NCBI GenBank assembly: GCA_963668025.2
Contig: CAXXTH010000003.1
Span: forward strand, 1-64,000
From: Candidatus Hydrogenedentota bacterium
Lineage (GTDB): Bacteria; Hydrogenedentota; Hydrogenedentia; Hydrogenedentales; SLHB01
DNA: 64,000 bases
Reading direction: 5' to 3'
Position 1 is the stretch's first letter, and each line of letters begins with the position of its first letter. The notes under the pieces were generated by a model. It had not been told where the DNA came from and ran no database searches. It was given only the letters and a program-made list of their open reading frames with translations. Positions 19,713 through 27,898 of the stretch are shown here, piece by piece. A program made the translations under genes and the position numbers.

Positions 19713-20032
19713 TACCACGAATAGACACCAATGAACACTAATGATTTGGTGCTTTTCTCCCACAGATTACGCTGATTACACAGATGCCAGATAAACAAAT
19801 GAATGATATGAATATTGTTTCGGCATACTAACTATTCGTATTAGTACAACTATTTGCCGAAATCTTGTTCCCTTGCGTGGATTTTCAGTGTAAATCAATA
19901 TACATCAACTCGTTAGAGACCAGATTTTCACCACGAAGAACATGAAGAAAAACGACATAAATCCTGGATTTTTATCAGTGTCATCAGTGCCATCTGTGGA
20001 AAATCTTCGTGTTCTTCGTGCCCTTCGTGGTG
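19713..20032. repeat. Cluster of ~9-nt-periodic CCAC.../...GTGG inverted repeats
   Basis: 19760-19785 pairs with 19974-19999, and 19929-19955 pairs with 20005-20032; hairpin at 19818-19862. Confidence 0.65.
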
Positions 20033-20214
20033 TAGAATCCGGATGTGGCTGTAAATAGAGTATCCGATTTACTAATAGACCAGCCTCAATTGGGATAGAG
20101 TCCATAATAAATAGGCATTGCTTGGCAGAGTGAATGGATCTATTATCTTACACAGGATGTATAGTTCCAACTTAAGTAAACTCAGTTCTGAACTAGATCC
20201 AGAAAGAGGGAGTA

Positions 20215-20670
20215 ATGAGGGATATTACCCATCTTGTTGTCGGGGTTTTGAGTATTGGACTTGGGGGGACAGTCTATGCTCTGTTTCGTGAGGACACATT
20301 GCTGATGTTCTCCTGGTTTGAACAATTGGGCTTGTCAAATCTCCTTACTGAGATGCGTGAAATCCGCAGATCTCTTCCATTCACATTTCCTGAATATTTC
20401 TACTTTTCTATGCCTAACGCATTGTGGTCATTTGGTGGACTACTAGTAATTTCAAGTGTTTGGGGTTCTTGTTCTACCGAGCGAATTGTGTGGCAATGTG
20501 GGTTCGCTGTATTAGCATTGAGTTTTGAAGTTGGGCAGCTTGTTCACATACTGCCAGGAACTTTCGATTTTGTGGATTTGTCACAGATTTGTGTTTCTAT
20601 TGGACTCGCTCTACAAATCAGTAGAATATATGAGGGAGAAAAGGAACATGTCGTACACAAAACTGGCTAG
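20215..20670 (+). CDS. Hypothetical membrane protein (VanZ/DUF2809-like E..Q...GTFDxxD tail)
   Basis: About four TMs; YALFR, SMPNALW, FEVGQ, PGTFDFVDL; low GC. Confidence 0.7.
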   Translation: MRDITHLVVGVLSIGLGGTVYALFREDTLLMFSWFEQLGLSNLLTEMREIRRSLPFTFPEYFYFSMPNALWSFGGLLVISSVWGSCSTERIVWQCGFAVLALSFEVGQLVHILPGTFDFVDLSQICVSIGLALQISRIYEGEKEHVVHKTG

Positions 20671-20995
20671 GCATTCTCTTTCGTTGGTGGTAGTCATGGG
20701 ATTGCTTATTCTTGCCGTAGGTAGCTATGACGATGGAGGTAGCAAAAAGATCGGGGCGTATGTAATGAGCCAAGAATTTGTCAATAGGAGACTGAAAGCT
20801 CCTGCTACAGCAAGCTATCCAGACTATAGAGATGATTTTGTTGTGGATATGGGAAACAATCGTTATAGAGTAACTGCGTATGTTGATGCAGAGAATAGTT
20901 TCGGAGCCAAATTGAGGATGGGATATACATGCACACTTATGACTCCTGATGGTGAGAATTGGAAATGTGAAAACATAAACATAGAAGAGAATTAA
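20648..20995 (+). CDS. Hypothetical exported protein
   Basis: Signal-like N-terminus ending LAVGS; LKAPATA...VDAENSFGA..R..Y.C motif; overlaps the upstream gene. Confidence 0.75.
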   Translation: MSYTKLARHSLSLVVVMGLLILAVGSYDDGGSKKIGAYVMSQEFVNRRLKAPATASYPDYRDDFVVDMGNNRYRVTAYVDAENSFGAKLRMGYTCTLMTPDGENWKCENINIEEN

Positions 20996-21033
20996 TCCAT
21001 AGTTATTTTTTGTTGATATGAAGGAGAAGACCA

Positions 21034-21285
21034 ATGAGTGAAATAACGGAATCGATAGAAGAGCTAGAAACAACACTGAAAGAATTCATGCAGGACTTCG
21101 ATCTTGTATTCAGTGAAGATTGGGAGATTACTGTCACCCATATAACACATGAGGACTATATTCAAAAAGATGGGACGTTTCTAGATCCAAAAGTGGATGA
21201 TGCAAGCAACAATTGGGCAAATCGTGGTGCGTTGCTTGAAAGCTACGGGAAGCTTACTGAGCTGATGAGAAGACTACGGATTTGA
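21034..21285 (+). CDS. Small acidic hypothetical protein
   Basis: AAGGAG RBS, 83 aa. Confidence 0.7.
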   Translation: MSEITESIEELETTLKEFMQDFDLVFSEDWEITVTHITHEDYIQKDGTFLDPKVDDASNNWANRGALLESYGKLTELMRRLRI

Positions 21286-21290
21286 GCGTT

Positions 21291-21318
21291 GTAGGGTGGG
21301 GCTTGCCCTACCGTTCAA
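21291..21318 (+). repeat. GTAG-type REP
   Basis: GTAGGGTGGGGCTTGCCCTACCGTTCAA; 27/28 identical to 52444-52471. Confidence 0.75.
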
Positions 21319-21407
21319 GGCGCTCAAACGGGCATTATCCAATCAAACGGTGTGTTTCCATACACAATTGGGTATGATTTGAACAGCGTATCGAGGAGGC
21401 TCCAAGC

Positions 21408-21629
21408 ATGACCGTAGAACGTGGCTTGCGCATGATGGCCGGGACGGTGGTGCTGGTGTCGGTGCTTCTGGCCCATTTCCACAGTTATTACTGGCTGTGG
21501 CTGACGGCGTTTGTTGGGGCGAATTTGTTGCAGTCGGCGTTTACAAATTGGTGTCCCGCCGTGTGGATACTCGAGAAACTTGGGCTGCCGCGCTGCGATG
21601 CCTCGGGCAAGACGAAAGCAAGCCAATAG
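21408..21629 (+). CDS. DUF2892 (YgaP-like) membrane protein
   Basis: MTVER.LR..AG, FVGANLLQSAFTNWCP. Confidence 0.9.
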   Translation: MTVERGLRMMAGTVVLVSVLLAHFHSYYWLWLTAFVGANLLQSAFTNWCPAVWILEKLGLPRCDASGKTKASQ

Positions 21630-21666
21630 CAATTGCCTGCAAGCGCGAGGAGCGTGGGGGAGAGGC

Positions 21667-22326
21667 ATGGCCGGACGGGCGGCAATGGCGATGATGGACC
21701 GGGCGCTCGAAAAGGCGTTTGGCCCGCGCATCCTCGAAGTGAGGCGTCCGCCACTGGATGAACTTATCCTTACGATCCTGTCGCAAAACACAAATGACAC
21801 GAATTGTCTGCGCGCCTTCACGTCCCTGCGGACGGCGTTTCCCAAGTGGCAAGCCGTGCTCGATGCGCCGCGCGAGGCCGTCGAGGAAGCCATCCGCACC
21901 GGCGGCCTGGCCCGCACGAAGAGCGCGCGCATCCAGCGGATATTGCGCGCGGTCTTGCTCGATGGGGCGCTTGATATGGACGCCCTCGCCGGCTTGCCCA
22001 CCGAGGAAGTGGAACGGCGGCTGCTAGCGCTTGATGGCGTCGGCTACAAGACGGCGCGGTGCGTGCTGCTCTTTTCCTTGGGCCGCGACGTGTTCCCCGT
22101 CGACACGCACATCCACCGTATCCTGCTGCGCACGGGCCTCATTCCCGAGGGTGCGAGCGCGGACCAGGCGCATGTCCTTGCACCTTCCTTGATCCCGCCC
22201 GGCCGGGCGTATGCATTGCACATGAACCTTATCGCCCTGGGGCGGGCCATCTGCGCGCCGCGCCATCCGAAATGCGCTGAGTGCCCCATCCGGCGCTATT
22301 GCAACCACGGCCAAATCACGAGCTGA
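21667..22326 (+). CDS. nth: Endonuclease III / HhH-GPD glycosylase
   Basis: ILSQNT, LDGVGYKTA, FPVDTH, 4Fe-4S motif C-x6-C-x2-C-x5-C. Confidence 0.9.
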   Translation: MAGRAAMAMMDRALEKAFGPRILEVRRPPLDELILTILSQNTNDTNCLRAFTSLRTAFPKWQAVLDAPREAVEEAIRTGGLARTKSARIQRILRAVLLDGALDMDALAGLPTEEVERRLLALDGVGYKTARCVLLFSLGRDVFPVDTHIHRILLRTGLIPEGASADQAHVLAPSLIPPGRAYALHMNLIALGRAICAPRHPKCAECPIRRYCNHGQITS

Positions 22327-22347
22327 GGCGGTTCGTGATTGAGTTCC

Positions 22348-22395
22348 GTAGCATGGGCGTCCCGCCCATGCGCATGGCCGGGACGGCCATGCTAC
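22348..22395. repeat. REP doublet (GTAGCATGG family)
   Basis: GTAGCATGGGCGTCCCGCCCATG cg CATGGCCGGGACGGCCATGCTAC between convergent genes. Confidence 0.75.
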
Positions 22396-22426
22396 TGCCC
22401 ATCTTGCATCCCCAAGGGTTGCAAGC

Positions 22427-23683
22427 CTATTCCGCCGCATCACCCTGTTCGTCACTTTCCGGCTTTGTCTCTGTCGAGGCAGGGCGATCCAGCGTTTGGC
22501 GTATCGCATGAGCCAGCGTCGAAGGACGGTAGGGCTTCTGTAGAATTTCATCGGCCCCTATGCTCAGGAGCGATTTGCATATAGTGTCTACCTTGAGCCC
22601 CGTGCAAACGACGACACGCATATCCTGGCGCATCTTTTTCAGATACGGCAATGCTTCCGCACCGCCCATGACCGGCATGGCCATATCCAACAGAACCGCA
22701 TCAATCACGCCCTTGTACTTGCGGACTGTTGTAATGGCTTCGCGGCCGTTTGTGGCGCTCAGCACGTGGTACCCCAGCCGTTCAAGGGTTTTCACCGTCA
22801 CTTCAAGAAGAACAGCATTGTCTTCCACGGCCAATATGGTTTCCGTGCCGACAGGCAGATCGCTCAACCGTTGCGGCAGATTAAGCGCGCCGCCCGTGCT
22901 CGCGGGCAAATAAACCGCGCATTCCGTACCGACGCCCGGTTCACTGTTGACCAGGATGTAGCCGCGGTGGTTTTTCACGATGCTGTACACCAGCGCCATG
23001 CCTCCGCCACGCCCCGTTCCTTTTGTGGTGAACTGGGGATCAAAGATGCGGCTGTGGGCGGCTTCATCCATTCCGCTTCCGTTATCCTCGACGCTAAACA
23101 CGATATAGGGGCCCGTAGTGAAATGCGAATTGCTGGGGGCGAAATCCTCATTTATCTGCACATTGCGCGTACGAAACACCACCCGGCCTTTATCAGGAAT
23201 GGATTCCAGCGCGTTCACGGCAAGATGAATCGCCATCTGTGTCAAGAGGTTATAATCGCCATCCACTTCGGACAGGTCCGCGTCAATATAGCGGAAAATT
23301 TGAATGCGCGGCGCGAGTTCCTGTTCCTCCGCCAAGAAAAGCCTGTTTATGATGTGGTTAAAATTAACCTGTTCTTGGTGGTGTTTCCCTTGGGTGAAGG
23401 CGAGCATGCGCTGGGCCATATAAGCGGCGCTTGAGGCGGCTTTCGAAATGGCGGAAAACTGAGGTTCCGCAACGCTCTGAGCGCCAAATGATTCGCGCAT
23501 CAGCGCGACGCCGCCAAGTATGGCGGTCATCAGGTTGTTGATGTCATGTGCGGCCCCGCCCGCCATGGACACAATAGCTTGCGCCTGCGGCGCAAGTGAG
23601 ATGGGGTCGAGGTCCGCCACCCAAGCCCGAAGCGTCTCCAATTCTTCGCGCATCGCGCCATATGAATCATTCGCCTCGTCCAT
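22427..23683 (-). CDS. Cytoplasmic hybrid histidine kinase/receiver without sensor domain
   Basis: AHDINNL, NALES, DNGSGM, FTTKG, REC (LLDMAMP, KP); only about 35 aa precede the H-box. Confidence 0.88.
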   Translation of the reverse strand: MDEANDSYGAMREELETLRAWVADLDPISLAPQAQAIVSMAGGAAHDINNLMTAILGGVALMRESFGAQSVAEPQFSAISKAASSAAYMAQRMLAFTQGKHHQEQVNFNHIINRLFLAEEQELAPRIQIFRYIDADLSEVDGDYNLLTQMAIHLAVNALESIPDKGRVVFRTRNVQINEDFAPSNSHFTTGPYIVFSVEDNGSGMDEAAHSRIFDPQFTTKGTGRGGGMALVYSIVKNHRGYILVNSEPGVGTECAVYLPASTGGALNLPQRLSDLPVGTETILAVEDNAVLLEVTVKTLERLGYHVLSATNGREAITTVRKYKGVIDAVLLDMAMPVMGGAEALPYLKKMRQDMRVVVCTGLKVDTICKSLLSIGADEILQKPYRPSTLAHAIRQTLDRPASTETKPESDEQGDAAE

Positions 23684-23724
23684 CGATTGTGTTCCTTTCC
23701 GTAACAGAAGGCTAAATCACCTTT

Positions 23725-23815
23725 ATGTGCATTAACGTGCATTATTGACGTAACTCCTTGCGATATCGATAGTTATATCATATCTGATTATTTTTGTCAA
23801 GACGTTAATGCACAT
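23725..23815 (-). promoter_or_regulatory. Sigma70 promoter bracketed by perfect 14-bp inverted repeats
   Basis: TTGACA(23800-23795)-17 bp-TATAAC(23777-23772). ATGTGCATTAACGT at 23725-23738 and ACGTTAATGCACAT at 23802-23815. Confidence 0.7.
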
Positions 23816-24252
23816 CAAAAAACATGTAAGTCGTCTAAAAAATGGGCAGAAAAAATGGCCTGTACTAGTTTTTTTGCTAAATACCGATCAATCTGATTTT
23901 CTCGGGGTCTTTGACTTCCTTCATGACTGCCGGATGCACCCAAAAGGTGTTACAGGAGCGCTTGAGTTTATCAAGTATAGAACTGCCGATGTAATGGGCC
24001 GAGCCACAGACAAGATCTCCGGGCTATGGCATGAGGGAGATGAAGGCGTTCTTGTCTTCCTTGTGGGCCTGCTGGACTCCCTCCATGCCGAGGTTTTCGA
24101 GGATGAGATCCTGCGCCGACCAATATGTATGAGTTCTCAGGAATGACAGACTGGGAATGTCTTCACTTTCCGAGATTTCATCAACTTGACTCGTTTCAGT
24201 ATCTGAGATCGAGATGCTGACAAAACACACGAGCATTCGCTCGGGATAAGTC

Positions 24253-25674
24253 TTAAGGCTCCACAACCGCCTCGGTTTCCATACTTGTCCACGGGCCGCC
24301 CATTAGCATCTCGAGTTCTGCACACGCGACTTGGAGATCCCTCGCAGCACGTGCCTGTTCAAGCTGAAACTCGAGCAAGGAACGGACACTGTTGAGTATG
24401 TCCAGGAAGTCCGCGCTTCCACCCAATGCCATGGGGTCAGCACCCGCACCATAGTAGGCCTGCAAGCTCTCGTACGTCTTCTTCTCTTTAGGTACAAGAA
24501 CCTCTTTGTAGAGGTTAAAACGGCGTTGGGAATCCTGGATGTTGTAAAGCGCCATACGCGCCGCACTATCAAAACTCAATGTAACGCGCCGCTTGTCGTT
24601 TTCGACCGATTCCTGCATCAACCTTGCTTCCTGAATCCCCGCGTTGATGCGACCGCGCCAGATAGGCAAGCTTAGGCTGAGCGAAACCATTACGTCATCC
24701 TTAGCCTTGCCAGAATCTCTTAAGTATTGGTTCGTGGCCATATCATAGGCGATGTTTCCCAAGGTCAAGGGGGCTCCGTTCGTAGGCGCGTCTTCTACAA
24801 TCATCTTCATCGCATCTGCTGCCGTCACGACATCCATCTTCCCATTGTTCGTCTTGGCGTCTTTCATGTTGTCGTATCCCAATCCAATCGAGAACTCCGG
24901 ATAACCACGCTTCTTCGCAAGAACAGTCTCTTTCTCCCAGCTCTCGACCATATGCTGCATGGCGGCGATCTCCGGATTCGCCAAGCGGATACGCGCCAGA
25001 ATCACGGGAGCAGGTGGAGGCGAAGGTGGGAAATCCGCAGATTGAGGCCAAGGACGTTCTTCGCCACCTTCACGCCCAAGCGCCTCCAGAAGCTTGGCGG
25101 AGAAAGCCGGTTTGGATTGCTCTAAACCTTTATACATATCATCGATTTTGTCTTTCTCAATTTGGACACGGTAGAGGTCTGCTTGCGAGGCAAGCCCCAA
25201 TCCATATCGGGACTTCACCAGTTCCTCGACTTCCGCCAAGATATCCGCCTGGGATTGGACGAGCTCGATGTTTTCTCCGAGCAAGGCATATTCGAAGTAG
25301 GCCCGCTTGACCTCGGCAATGATCTGGTTCCGTGCGGCGTAGAAACGAGCCAATGCCGCATCAGCTTCCGCCAGCGCCTTATCTCCGCGAGCACGCAGCG
25401 TACCGAACCATGGAAACTTTTGTTCAATGCTGAGGCCAAACCGCTTCTGATCGGATTGGAAGAATTGGGAGTACGTAAACATCGGATCCTCAAGCGTGGT
25501 GACTTGGGGGATTCTCCGCAACGTGGCTTGCCACTCCAACCACTTCGCTTTTAATCCGGGGTTGTTTTCGGTGGCCTCTAGAATACACTGGCGAAGCTCT
25601 TCATTATTGGCGAAGAACACCGGCGTCTCAACGTCTGCGGCCATACATCCGAATAGTAGAAAGAACGTTATCAT
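24253..25674 (-). CDS. TolC/CusC-family outer-membrane efflux protein
   Basis: Two OEP repeats (NNPGL...EQKFPWFG; ANPEI...LSLPIW); last gene of the RND cluster. Confidence 0.88.
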   Translation of the reverse strand: MITFFLLFGCMAADVETPVFFANNEELRQCILEATENNPGLKAKWLEWQATLRRIPQVTTLEDPMFTYSQFFQSDQKRFGLSIEQKFPWFGTLRARGDKALAEADAALARFYAARNQIIAEVKRAYFEYALLGENIELVQSQADILAEVEELVKSRYGLGLASQADLYRVQIEKDKIDDMYKGLEQSKPAFSAKLLEALGREGGEERPWPQSADFPPSPPPAPVILARIRLANPEIAAMQHMVESWEKETVLAKKRGYPEFSIGLGYDNMKDAKTNNGKMDVVTAADAMKMIVEDAPTNGAPLTLGNIAYDMATNQYLRDSGKAKDDVMVSLSLSLPIWRGRINAGIQEARLMQESVENDKRRVTLSFDSAARMALYNIQDSQRRFNLYKEVLVPKEKKTYESLQAYYGAGADPMALGGSADFLDILNSVRSLLEFQLEQARAARDLQVACAELEMLMGGPWTSMETEAVVEP

Positions 25675-25873
25675 TGCGATTCAGTCCTCCTTGTCATTTT
25701 GCCATCTTCCGTTTCCATGAAGTTCTTTTGTGACAAACCTAATCGTCTGGCTCCGGCAACCGTGGCGAAACCTAGTCTCTCCCATTCCTGGACGGGTATC
25801 GAAACCAGACACTCAATCACCTGGGGAGAGTGCGTTATGCAAGCCAGGTCCAGATGTCTCGTGATCAGGCATG

Positions 25874-27898
25874 TCACATTCCAGCCATCCCGGCGTCGCC
25901 TGCCGGGGCCGGTTTGGTGGATTCGCCTATAGCGCCTTTTGAGGTGGCAGGATTTAACCGCGCCTCGGCATCAATCAAGAATGCTCCTTGCGTTACAATG
26001 CGCTGGCTTGCCGCCAACCCATCCATAACCGGGTAATAGGAGCCAGCACGCGCACCCAATGTTATGGCTCTGGCATCATAGACTCCGGTAGCGGTCTCGA
26101 CATAAACCACTTTCTTCTCGCCTGTGTCAATTACGGCTGTCTCCGGCACGGCGAGCACCCGCTCGACTCGCCAGTGGACCATCTTCATGCCACAATTGCA
26201 GGTGGTGCATATACCCGGTTTGTCGCTGAGTTCATCGGGGTGCATTGGGCAGGCGTAACCTTCCGTCCAGCGCTCCAGTGAACCTGCATCCTGTCTTTCG
26301 ACAACAGGGACGGATTCCTTCTGTTTATTATCAAGCTTCATCCCACAGAGCGGACAATCGCCGGGCTTGTCTGACACGACATTTGCGTGCATCGAACACT
26401 GGTAATACTCCGCCCCTGCGGAAAGTGAAGCCAGGTATTTGTCCGCATCTTCCTGGGTTTCGGTGGGCAAGGGTATGGAAGGAGCCTCGGCTTCCGGCTG
26501 ATGCCCTTCGGGAGCGGAAACGCTTCCTTCCTTCTGTTTCTTCTCAAGCGTCATGTTGCAGAGCGGGCATTGGCCCGGCTTGTCAGATACAATGTTTGGA
26601 TGCATTGAACAGACATAATACTCCACTCCTGCGGGAATGGATGCCAGGTACTTGTCCGCATCTTCCTGGGTCTTGGTGGGCAACGATGGTGGCGCGGACT
26701 GTTCTTGTTTGCTTGCTGGGGCTGTTTTTGTAAGCTTCTTTGTCGCATCATCTTCGATGAATTGTCCGATCGGCGCCCGGAGCATGGCGTTGGCGAACAT
26801 TCCTGGTATGAGTTTTCCATCTGGATTCGCGACAGCCACCCGCACCTTCACCGAGCGGTTCTCCGCATCCAGCATGGGGTACATGAAGTCCACGTTCCCG
26901 TAGAAGATGAGGCCAGGCCACGCCACGGTAGTGATCTCGACAGGCATACCCATCTTGACCGCGGATATATCCGCCTCCAATACCTGCACCTGAATCCACA
27001 ACGAGGAGAGATCCGCCACTGTCAAGATGGGAGTACCTTCATCGACGGCCTCGCCCAGTACAATATTCTTTTCGATCACTGTGCCGGCAAGCGGCGAGTA
27101 CAGCGTCACCGTATCGCTGACCTTTCCGCTTTCGACAATTGTATTCAACTGCTCTTCCGTAAATCCCGCCAACGACAGGCGCTTTCGGGCCGCGGCGGTA
27201 AGTTGCTCCGAGCGAGTCTTCTCCAACGCGGCCATGTCGGGACTGGAAATATCAGCACCTTTCTGCTGATTACTGACGGCGCGTATGTACTCTTGAGATG
27301 CAGCCAGATATTTGGGGCTGTAGATTCGCGCCAAGGGGTCACCTTTCCTTACGGTAAGTCCGATGGCGTTCACCATAAGGTCTTGGACTCTTCCAGGAAA
27401 GCGCGCCACGATCTTGGCAAGGCGGTCTTCAGGAGGTTCAGCCACGCCGTAGGAACGAATGGTGCGCGTGAGCATGCGATACAAGACCGGTTCTACCTGG
27501 ATGCCTCCCTGCATGATGCGTTGCGGCGAGACCTGGACCCGAGCCAATGTGCCTTCGGGCAAGGCCATCGCCACCCCTTTCTTTCTCTGGACGAGGTCCA
27601 TGCCGCAAATAGGGCATTTCCCGGGCCGTTCGCGCACTACGAATGGATGCATGCCGCAGTAATACTCGAACTCTTGTTCGGCGGCGCCCATGTCCTTGTA
27701 GCCTTCGTTCCCCGCCATTTGCTGCATCTCGTGGTTCCGCTGCCATCGCTCGTAGTAGTTTTGGATGTTGTCCCAGTACCCAACCGTTACGGCCGTTACT
27801 GCTAGAATAAAGATAAAACGTAGACGGATCTCGATAAACTTGAGCAGGAACAGGAGCCGACGCAGCAGCGATTGTTTCTTTGGATTGTTTTCACTCAT
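25874..27898 (-). CDS. cusB: CusB-type RND periplasmic adaptor with four heavy-metal-binding (CxMH...CPxCxM) domains
   Basis: MFP core (GDPLARIYSP, SPLAGTV, ADLSSLW, PGMFA, FLIDAE). Start set at MSENN, overlapping the cusA stop. Confidence 0.88.
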   Translation of the reverse strand: MSENNPKKQSLLRRLLFLLKFIEIRLRFIFILAVTAVTVGYWDNIQNYYERWQRNHEMQQMAGNEGYKDMGAAEQEFEYYCGMHPFVVRERPGKCPICGMDLVQRKKGVAMALPEGTLARVQVSPQRIMQGGIQVEPVLYRMLTRTIRSYGVAEPPEDRLAKIVARFPGRVQDLMVNAIGLTVRKGDPLARIYSPKYLAASQEYIRAVSNQQKGADISSPDMAALEKTRSEQLTAAARKRLSLAGFTEEQLNTIVESGKVSDTVTLYSPLAGTVIEKNIVLGEAVDEGTPILTVADLSSLWIQVQVLEADISAVKMGMPVEITTVAWPGLIFYGNVDFMYPMLDAENRSVKVRVAVANPDGKLIPGMFANAMLRAPIGQFIEDDATKKLTKTAPASKQEQSAPPSLPTKTQEDADKYLASIPAGVEYYVCSMHPNIVSDKPGQCPLCNMTLEKKQKEGSVSAPEGHQPEAEAPSIPLPTETQEDADKYLASLSAGAEYYQCSMHANVVSDKPGDCPLCGMKLDNKQKESVPVVERQDAGSLERWTEGYACPMHPDELSDKPGICTTCNCGMKMVHWRVERVLAVPETAVIDTGEKKVVYVETATGVYDARAITLGARAGSYYPVMDGLAASQRIVTQGAFLIDAEARLNPATSKGAIGESTKPAPAGDAGMAGM

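Noticed and set aside
19704-21400. Integron cassette array or CRISPR array
   Set aside because: No convincing attC (RYYYAAC...GTTRRRY) pairs, no integrase, and no regular repeat-spacer pattern or cas genes.
23808-24266. Short ORFs between the kinase and tolC; possible IS end GGATGCACCC
   Set aside because: No recognisable motifs, and no matching IR beyond 6 bp at the other side of the island.
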